Virus record (IMG/VR): IMGVR_UViG_3300035040_000064
Reading direction: 5' to 3' (one strand)
From: a virus
DNA length: 36,464 nucleotides
Below, in pieces: positions 30,818-36,464 of the stretch. The notes beneath the pieces were generated by a model, which saw only the letters and a program-made list of their open reading frames with translations, made no database searches and was not told the origin of the DNA. A program made the position numbers and the translations under genes. The first letter of the stretch is position 1. Each line of letters begins with the position of its first letter.

Positions 30818-31243
30818 ATGGTCAACAAAGTGATTTTAGTGGGCAACTGTGGTGCTGATCCTGACTTGCGCTACACCCCAGCAGGCACAGCCGTAACCAC
30901 CGTAAACCTCGCCACCAGCGAAAAATTCAACGGCCGCGACGGCAGCAAGCAAGAGCGCACAGAGTGGCACCGCCTCGTATTTTGGCGTCAGCTCGCCGAA
31001 ATTTGCGGCAAATACCTGCATAAGGGCAAGCAGATATATGTCGAAGGTAAACTCCAGACCAGGAAATGGCAGGATCAAAGCGGCATCGATCGCTACACCA
31101 CCGAAGTCGTAGTCGACAAAATGCAGATGCTCGGACGCGCCAGCGATGGGCCAGCCAACCAGGGCAGCACCCCGGCACCGGACCAGGCACACCCACAGCA
31201 GGGTCAACCCGAGTTTGACCCCTCAGACGAGATCCCTTTTTAG
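30818..31243 (+). CDS. ssb: Single-stranded DNA-binding protein
   Basis: [35 protein letters not shown]...TEWHRLVFW...[13 protein letters not shown]..., a Gly/Pro/Gln linker, and the acidic tip DEIPF. Confidence 0.95.
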   Translation: MVNKVILVGNCGADPDLRYTPAGTAVTTVNLATSEKFNGRDGSKQERTEWHRLVFWRQLAEICGKYLHKGKQIYVEGKLQTRKWQDQSGIDRYTTEVVVDKMQMLGRASDGPANQGSTPAPDQAHPQQGQPEFDPSDEIPF

Positions 31244-31257
31244 ATGTGGAGGCGAAA

Positions 31258-32043
31258 ATGGAACCGAACTACGACATCCCCCACAGCAAAAACGAAGAAG
31301 ACGACATCCATCAACAGGAGATGCTCCGGCGCAACCCCCTGCGCATCATCAAGCCCGGAGATCCCGACTTTGAAAGGATTGCCCAGGAGATCATGGAAAA
31401 TCAGCAGAACGATAAAAAAACTCCGCCGCCAACGCCGCAACCGGCGCATAAACCGGCACAAAAGAGCGTAAAAAAGCTCATAAAATGCAAAAGCTGCGGC
31501 GCAGAAACTCACAACCATGGGCGCGGGCTCTGCCCTAAGTGCTACCGACGTGAAGAGCGCGAAGACACCCTGGATGCAAACTACCCATCCAACCGCGGCG
31601 GCAACCAAAAAGAACACTGCGCCGAATGCGGCGCCTTAACTAGAATAGAATCACGCGGCATGTGCCGCAAGTGCTATCAGCGCTGGCACTACCACAATAA
31701 AAGAAAAGCAAAAACCGCCGGCACCCAACGGGTAGAACAGGCAAAAGAAAACCTGCGCAAAAACCTGGACAAAAAAAAGGGAGAACGCGCCCAAAGCAGG
31801 GTGGGCACCGCCCACCAGGGCACCAAGCCCAAGCCGGACGCAGTAAACCACCCGACCCACTACACCGTCCACCCCTCCGGCATCGAGTGCATCGACATAA
31901 CCGAGCACATGAACTTCTGCACCGGCAACGCCATCAAATACATCTGGCGCGCAGGGCAAAAAGGCGACCCCATCCAAGATCTCGAAAAAGCCCTCTGGTA
32001 CATCCGGCGCGAGATCAAACGTATGAAGGAGGCCCAGGCATGA
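31258..32043 (+). CDS. Composite protein: tandem CxxC zinc ribbons, a REP-derived linker, and a DUF3310 domain
   Basis: Ribbons: CKSCGAETHNHGRGLCPKCY and CAECGALTRIESRGMCRKCY. C-terminus: ...HPTHYTVHPSGIECIDITEHMNFCTGNAIKYIWRAGQKGDPIQDLEKALWYI is a DUF3310 signature. Confidence 0.65.
   Translation: MEPNYDIPHSKNEEDDIHQQEMLRRNPLRIIKPGDPDFERIAQEIMENQQNDKKTPPPTPQPAHKPAQKSVKKLIKCKSCGAETHNHGRGLCPKCYRREEREDTLDANYPSNRGGNQKEHCAECGALTRIESRGMCRKCYQRWHYHNKRKAKTAGTQRVEQAKENLRKNLDKKKGERAQSRVGTAHQGTKPKPDAVNHPTHYTVHPSGIECIDITEHMNFCTGNAIKYIWRAGQKGDPIQDLEKALWYIRREIKRMKEAQA
31796..31816 (+). repeat. REP-like unit, type A variant (GCAGGGTGGGCACCGCCCACC), inside a coding region
   Basis: It is identical to the type A core. 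It is translated in frame as RVGTAHQ, between the zinc-ribbon and DUF3310 parts. Confidence 0.65.
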
Positions 32044-33155
32044 ACATCCACCTCATAGCCCACACCCCAGACGCCACCAAAGTCGTCGCCCGCGCCGCTC
32101 TTATGCAAAGCGCAGATGTGTTTGTTATCAATCGTGAGAATGTGCCCTGGTTGGTTGATCTTTATAAAACAAAATGGCCGTTTGATCATGTAGTTATTGA
32201 CGAATCGAGCAGCTTTAAAAATCCATCGGCAAAACGCTTTAAAAAGCTGAAAAAGATACTTCCTTATACTGAATACATGACGCTCCTGACCGGCACACCA
32301 TCGCCTAACGGCCTGCTTGATCTATGGTCGCAAAGCTATTTAGTAGACTTCGGCGTCAAGTTAGGACGCACCATGACAGGATACAAAAGGCGCTTTTTCG
32401 AGCCGGATTATATGGGTTACAACTGGACACCCAGAGAAGGATCAGCAGCAGAAATACACGCGTTACTATCTGACTTCGTATTGAGCATGAGCGCAGAGGA
32501 TTATCTGGAGCTCCCCGACAGCATAAAAACCGTTGAATATGTAGAACTGCCCCAAAAGACGCAACGCGCATATCAGAAGTTTGAAACAGAATTACTCGTA
32601 ACGCTGGAGGACGGGGAAGAAATAGAAGCCTCAACCGCCGCTGTGCTTGCTAATCGCCTGTTACAGTATAGCAACGGCGCAATCTATACCGATGAGCTGA
32701 AAAATTGGTCAGAGACCCACACGGAAAAACTGGATGCCCTTGCGGATATAATCGAGCAAAACCCGACAGAGAACTTGCTTGTCGCATACAACTACAAGCA
32801 CGACCTGGAGCGATTGCAACAGCGATTCCCAGACGCTCGAGTATTAGACAAAAACCAAAGCACTATTGAAGAATGGAACGCAGGGCAGATAAAGCTGTTG
32901 CTTGCGCACCCCGCCAGCGCCGGACACGGCATAAACCTGCAACACGGGGGATCTGTTATCATCTGGTTCGGCTTAAACTGGTCGCCTGAACTATATCAGC
33001 AATTCAATAAGCGCGTCGATCGACAAGGGCAAACTAAACCTGTGCGCATTGTTCATATCGTAGCTAAAGACTGCATTGACGAAAGAGTATTGCAAGTGCT
33101 AGACAGCAAAGGTGCAACACAAAAAGAATTGCTAACCGCGCTCAAAAAACCTTGA
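32040..33155 (+). pseudogene. SNF2-family helicase lacking the N-terminal Walker A / motif I region (truncated or chimeric)
   Basis: Present: motif II VVIDESSSF, motif III LLTGTPSPNGLLDLW, motif V HPASAGHGINLQ, motif VI QQFNKRVDRQGQ. There is no GxGKT and only about 50 aa precede motif II. GC content drops sharply about 60 nt into the gene. Confidence 0.55.
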
Positions 33156-33179
33156 CTGTGTGCGCCAGTGTGATAGTGT
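33152..33179 (+). promoter_or_regulatory. Sigma70-like promoter, copy 1 of a conserved element (TTGACT-16nt-TAGTGT with an upstream TG)
   Basis: CCTTGACTGTGTGCGCCAGTGTGATAGTGTAC is closely similar to 35646-35678. Confidence 0.5.
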
Positions 33180-33235
33180 ACACACATCAGTAGTCAAGAA
33201 ATCCTTTACAACTCAATTACGAAGGGGGAACGACA

Positions 33236-34606
33236 GTGGAGTATTTAGATTTTCTGAAGTCAAAGCAGCACAGTCTGGGAAATATGGGTTTTGAACCCGT
33301 ATGGATGCCAGATTGTGCTTTTGATTTTCAGGAGCATGTTATTGACAGATCGGTGCGCAAGGGCCGAATAGGGGTTTTTGCAGATACTGGACTAGGCAAA
33401 ACCCTGATGCAGCTTGCTTTTGCCGAAAACATTATTCGCAAGACAAACAAAAACGTGCTTATTCTCACGCCTATAGCCGTGGCGTTTCAGTTCTTAAAAG
33501 AAGCCGAGCGTATAGGAATGTCAGACATTTGTTACAGTAAGGATGGCACGTTTAACGAAAAAATTGTTGTCTGCAACTATGAACGCCTGCACCGCCTAGA
33601 CCCGCACGACTTCGGGTGTGTAATGCTTGACGAGTCCAGTATTTTGAAAAATTTTAAGGGCAAGATAAAAGCGCAGATAATGGCTTTTATCAAAAAAGTT
33701 GAATATAGGATGCTATCCACTGCCACTCCCAGCCCAAACGACTTTATAGAGCTAGGGAACAGCTCTGAGGCGCTTGGATACATGGGTTACATAGATATGC
33801 TCGGCAAGTTCTTCAAGTCCAACCAGAACAGCGTAGACAGCAACAGCCGTAACATAGGCGAGAAGTTCTATCTTAAGCCACACGCTGAAAAGGATTTTTT
33901 TGCATGGGTGAATCAGTGGTCTGTGATGATAAAAAAGCCCTCTGACCTAGGATACAGTGACGAGCGGTTTATTCTGCCAGAGCTCCACGTAAACACTCAC
34001 ACGGTGCAGAACAAAGACCCTCTATGCGTGGATGGTCAGAATATGCTCTTTAGTGTGCCAGTCCACACAATGACGGAAGTCCGCGCAGAACAGAAAAATA
34101 CAGTCACGCAACGGTGCGAAAAAGCCGCAGAACTCGCGCATGGCAAAACATCCGTGTACTGGTGCAACTTGAACGAGGAAGGAGACCTGCTTTCAGAGCT
34201 TGACAAAGACGCCGTGCAGATAAAAGGCGGCATGAGCATAGACAAAAAAGAGGATATTCTTTTATCGTTTGCCGAAGGCGGTATTGAAAGACTGATAACT
34301 AAACCGCGCATGACTTCAATGGGGTTGAATTGGCAACATTGCAACCATACAACATACTTCCCCACCTGGAGCTATGAACAATATTACCAAGCCATACGGC
34401 GATTCTGGCGCTTTGGACAGAAAAAAGAGGTAGTATGCGACATGGTGATAAGCGACGGGCAGAGCAGAGTTGTGGAAGCTCTGGATCAGAAAATGCAAAA
34501 AGCCATTGAGCTATACGAAAACCTTGTGTGTAACACTAATCGGGAGTTTCATCATAGCGTTAAACAATTCGACAAAACAGCCAAACTACCGGAGTTTTTG
34601 ATATGA
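33236..34606 (+). CDS. SNF2/DEAD-like helicase (complete motif set)
   Basis: Motif I ADTGLGKTL, motif II VMLDESSILKN, motif III LSTATPSPND, motif VI YYQAIRRFWRFGQ. GTG start after GAAGGGGGA. ATGA overlap with the methylase gene. Confidence 0.8.
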   Translation: MEYLDFLKSKQHSLGNMGFEPVWMPDCAFDFQEHVIDRSVRKGRIGVFADTGLGKTLMQLAFAENIIRKTNKNVLILTPIAVAFQFLKEAERIGMSDICYSKDGTFNEKIVVCNYERLHRLDPHDFGCVMLDESSILKNFKGKIKAQIMAFIKKVEYRMLSTATPSPNDFIELGNSSEALGYMGYIDMLGKFFKSNQNSVDSNSRNIGEKFYLKPHAEKDFFAWVNQWSVMIKKPSDLGYSDERFILPELHVNTHTVQNKDPLCVDGQNMLFSVPVHTMTEVRAEQKNTVTQRCEKAAELAHGKTSVYWCNLNEEGDLLSELDKDAVQIKGGMSIDKKEDILLSFAEGGIERLITKPRMTSMGLNWQHCNHTTYFPTWSYEQYYQAIRRFWRFGQKKEVVCDMVISDGQSRVVEALDQKMQKAIELYENLVCNTNREFHHSVKQFDKTAKLPEFLI

Positions 34607-35625
34607 ATACTACAAAAGATCAGGAAGTAACACAGGACTACGCAATTTATAATAGTGATTGTATGGAGATATTGCCAGCGTTGCCGGAAAAGAGTGTGGA
34701 CTTATCTATATATTCTCCTCCATTCGCAGGCTTGTACAATTATTCTAGCTCTGAAAGGGACTTTTCAAACTGCGAATCAAAAGAGCAGTTTATGGAGCAA
34801 TACGAATATTTGGTTACAGAAATTGCCAGAGTTACAAAACCCGGCAGAATTAGCGCGGTACATTGTGCTGATGTTTTTGATAACTCGTGTTACCTATGGG
34901 ATCTACCCGGCGAAATAAGAAAGATCCACGAGCGCCACGGTTTTTATTACCGCAACCGCATAACTATCTGGAAAGAACCCCTCAAGGTGCGTATGCGCAC
35001 AATGGTTAAAAGCCTGATGCACAAGCTCATTGTTGAGGACTCCACACAATGCTTTACAGCTATGCCGGACTATGTACTGATCTTTACGCGCAAGGGAGAA
35101 AACGAAGTGCCGGTTACGCACCCCGAAGGCTTAAAAAGATACTTCGGTGCAACGCCTATCCTGCCCAACATTCTTCAGGCATTTAATAACGCCAACGGCA
35201 CAACTTTTAACGAGGAAGAACTGTGGGAGTATTTGAAAAACGAATATGTAGACCACAAAGACCCGAAAAGCAACAAGCTGAGCCATTACATTTGGCAGCG
35301 TTACGCTTCAAGCGTGTGGGATGATATCCGCATTGATAATGTACTGCCATACCGCGATACAAAAGAAGAGGACGACGAGAAGCACGTGCACCCTCTTCAG
35401 CTCGACGTAATAGATCGCCTGGTAGAGTTGTACTCCAACGAGGGAGAAACGGTATTAACCCCATTTATGGGAGTTGGTAGCGAAGTGTACAGCCCTGTTA
35501 GCATGGGCAGAAAAGCCGTGGGAGTTGAACTCAAAGACAGCTATTTTAAGCAGGCAAAGATAAATCTTAGCCATGCAAAAACCAGATTTGACAATATGCC
35601 AGGCCACCAGAAAGGGCTTTTTTAA
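34603..35625 (+). CDS. DNA methyltransferase, beta-class N4/N6 family (SPPF motif, probably N4-cytosine)
   Basis: Motif IV is SIYSPPFAGL near the N-terminus, and motif I is VLTPFMGVGSE near the C-terminus. No adjacent nuclease gene. Confidence 0.8.
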   Translation: MNTTKDQEVTQDYAIYNSDCMEILPALPEKSVDLSIYSPPFAGLYNYSSSERDFSNCESKEQFMEQYEYLVTEIARVTKPGRISAVHCADVFDNSCYLWDLPGEIRKIHERHGFYYRNRITIWKEPLKVRMRTMVKSLMHKLIVEDSTQCFTAMPDYVLIFTRKGENEVPVTHPEGLKRYFGATPILPNILQAFNNANGTTFNEEELWEYLKNEYVDHKDPKSNKLSHYIWQRYASSVWDDIRIDNVLPYRDTKEEDDEKHVHPLQLDVIDRLVELYSNEGETVLTPFMGVGSEVYSPVSMGRKAVGVELKDSYFKQAKINLSHAKTRFDNMPGHQKGLF

Positions 35626-35647
35626 CCGAAAAAAATATATTATCCCC

Positions 35648-35675
35648 TTGACAGTATGCGTGTGTATGATAAAGT
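35648..35675 (+). promoter_or_regulatory. Sigma70-like promoter, copy 2 of the conserved element (TTGACA-16nt-TAAAGT with an upstream TG)
   Basis: CCTTGACAGTATGCGTGTGTATGATAAAGTGTAC is closely similar to 33150-33181. Confidence 0.5.
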
Positions 35676-35717
35676 GTACTCAACAGCGAGGGAACAGGAC
35701 ATTAGAAGGAGACACCA

Positions 35718-36137
35718 ATGGACAAAAGAGCCACACTATATCTTGAACCACACACCCGCCAACTGCTGAACGTGGGAGAAAACCGATCAGCCCGTGCTAA
35801 CGGGATTTTCTCGCGCTACATCGAGATCATCCGCAAGCACGTGCCTATGCTAGGCATTGACGAGTGGTGGTGCATCATCCAGTGCAACCGCGATCTTGAC
35901 GATACCGCCGACGTTACCCGCCAGGTGTACCGCAATCTGCTTGATGCGCCGCCGGAACATGACAACCTGATAAATATCGTTCGCGGTATGGGTTTTCTCG
36001 AACGCTGCGCAGTGGCAGAGATTGCCATGCAGGGGCAAAAGCTGGAGAGCATGGACGAGTTGGAGGGGTATTTTATCCTTTGTTCCGTAAAACCCCGTCG
36101 TTCACGGCGGGGATATAAGGAACGGTTTAGATGTTGA
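35718..36137 (+). CDS. Hypothetical protein; the last 20 codons or so are read from the IS left end
   Basis: GGAGA RBS. 139 aa. The C-terminal ...CSVKPRRSRRGYKERFRC is translated from the left-end hairpin region. Confidence 0.5.
   Translation: MDKRATLYLEPHTRQLLNVGENRSARANGIFSRYIEIIRKHVPMLGIDEWWCIIQCNRDLDDTADVTRQVYRNLLDAPPEHDNLINIVRGMGFLERCAVAEIAMQGQKLESMDELEGYFILCSVKPRRSRRGYKERFRC
36093..36112 (+). repeat. Left-end subterminal imperfect hairpin CCCCGTCG-TTCA-CGGCGGGG
   Basis: 8-bp stem with one T-G mismatch and a TTCA loop. It is near-identical to the right-end hairpin at 1000-1019. Confidence 0.75.
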
Positions 36138-36168
36138 CATTTAAACGAAAGAATGGTATCGTTTAAAC
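36134..36168 (+). promoter_or_regulatory. Sigma70-like promoter (TTGACA-17nt-TATCGT) overlapping a 9-bp perfect inverted repeat, directly upstream of the tnpB ATG
   Basis: TTGACA at 36134-36139, 17-nt spacer, TATCGT at 36157-36162. Inverted repeat TTTAAACGA (36140-36148) / TCGTTTAAA (36159-36167). No Shine-Dalgarno sequence precedes the ATG at 36170. Confidence 0.45.
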
Positions 36169-36169
36169 C

Positions 36170-36464
36170 ATGGATATTAAGCGAGCTTACAGATATCGGT
36201 TTTACCCTACTCCGGCGCAGGAAGAAATTTTAGCGCAGACGTTCGGCTGTGCTCGCTATGTCTATAACTACATGCTCCGCCTTCGGACGGATGCCTGGTT
36301 TGAGCGGGGAGAGCGCTTGGGATACCACGAGACCTCCGCTTTATTGACCAAGCTCAAACGCCAGGAAGATCACGCTTGGCTCAAAGAAGTTTCGTCCGTA
36401 CCGGTGCAGCAGTCCCTGCAACACCTTCAGCGGGCTTTTAATAACTTCTTCGCTAAACGAGCTG
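36170..36464 (+). CDS. tnpB: TnpB (IS200/IS605 OrfB-type RNA-guided nuclease), N-terminal part; continues at base 1 across the circular junction
   Basis: ATG at 36170. The translation MDIKRAYRYRFYPTPAQEEILAQTFGCARYVYNYMLRLRTDAWFERGERLGYHETSALLTKLK... is a typical TnpB N-terminus. The frame runs off the window end and is in phase with the ORF at 7-972. Confidence 0.9.
   Translation, partial: MDIKRAYRYRFYPTPAQEEILAQTFGCARYVYNYMLRLRTDAWFERGERLGYHETSALLTKLKRQEDHAWLKEVSSVPVQQSLQHLQRAFNNFFAKRA
36338..36464. repeat. Terminal overlap copy 2 (identical to 1-127)
   Basis: Exact 127-nt identity with the window start. Confidence 0.95.

Larger units (their letters stand above)
36074..36464 (+). mobile_element. 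IS200/IS605-family TnpB-only element (IS1341-like), left part; exact left boundary uncertain by a few nt
   Basis: A subterminal left-end hairpin at 36093-36112 precedes tnpB. No tnpA gene is present. The boundary is placed about 19 nt 5' of the hairpin foot by analogy with IS608. Confidence 0.6.

Noticed and set aside
31887-32039. An upstream in-frame extension of the SNF2 ORF that might have supplied the missing N-terminal helicase motifs.
   Set aside because: Its translation is MHRHNRAHELLHRQRHQIHLARRAKRRPHPRSRK..., which has no GxGKT or Q motif. It overlaps the DUF3310 coding frame. The ATG at 32040 with an ATGA overlap is the sensible start.
1-36464. I looked for tRNA/tmRNA genes, an integrase or recombinase, attP-like sites, toxin-antitoxin pairs and retron- or CBASS-like defence genes.
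   Set aside because: I saw no T-arm-like GTTCGAATC motifs or cloverleaf candidates. No ORF had tyrosine or serine recombinase, RT, cyclase or nuclease-NTPase defence signatures. A visual scan cannot exclude them, but none is supportable.

Overview
The window is a complete, circularly permuted genome of about 36.3 kb from a GC-rich tailed phage with a contractile tail. Bases 1-127 are identical to 36338-36464, so the two ends join. Nearly all genes are on the + strand.

Gene order:
- Small early or accessory genes (1.0-2.3 kb).
- Packaging and head module of lambda type: GpA-like large terminase, gpW-like, lambda-family portal, a prohead protease-major capsid fusion, and a DUF2190 decoration protein.
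- An M15 peptidase endolysin with two small morons.
- Lambda-like neck proteins (FII, Z and U-like).
- A P2-like contractile tail and baseplate: V, sheath FI, tube FII, E/E+E' with a T_TTT_TTG -1 frameshift site, tape measure, U, X, D, W, J, I, and fibres including a lectin/FGE-fold tip protein.
- A divergent pair of XRE helix-turn-helix genes.
- A replication module: D5/P4-type primase-helicase, an iteron-rich AT-rich origin, a Toprim primase, SSB, MazG-like paralogs and DUF3310.
- A low-GC accessory island: a 5'-truncated SNF2 helicase, a complete helicase and an SPPF (N4-C type) DNA methyltransferase.

Things worth a second look:
1. An intact TnpB-only IS200/IS605-type element spans the circular junction. 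Its left- and right-end hairpins covary, and an omega-RNA and guide can be predicted.
2. A free-standing mini-ORF mimics the glycyl-radical C-terminus of class III ribonucleotide reductase (NrdD).
3. Ten REP-like hairpins with GTAGGG/GCAGGG heads are present. They bracket the terminase genes, flank a small Gly/Ala-rich moron, supply two stop codons, and in one case sit in frame inside a coding region.
4. The replication origin carries iterons.
5. A compositional junction lies inside the truncated SNF2 gene, and a duplicated promoter brackets the helicase-methylase operon.

I found no integrase, tRNA, CRISPR array or reverse transcriptase. All protein-family calls come from motif recognition by eye, not from database searches.
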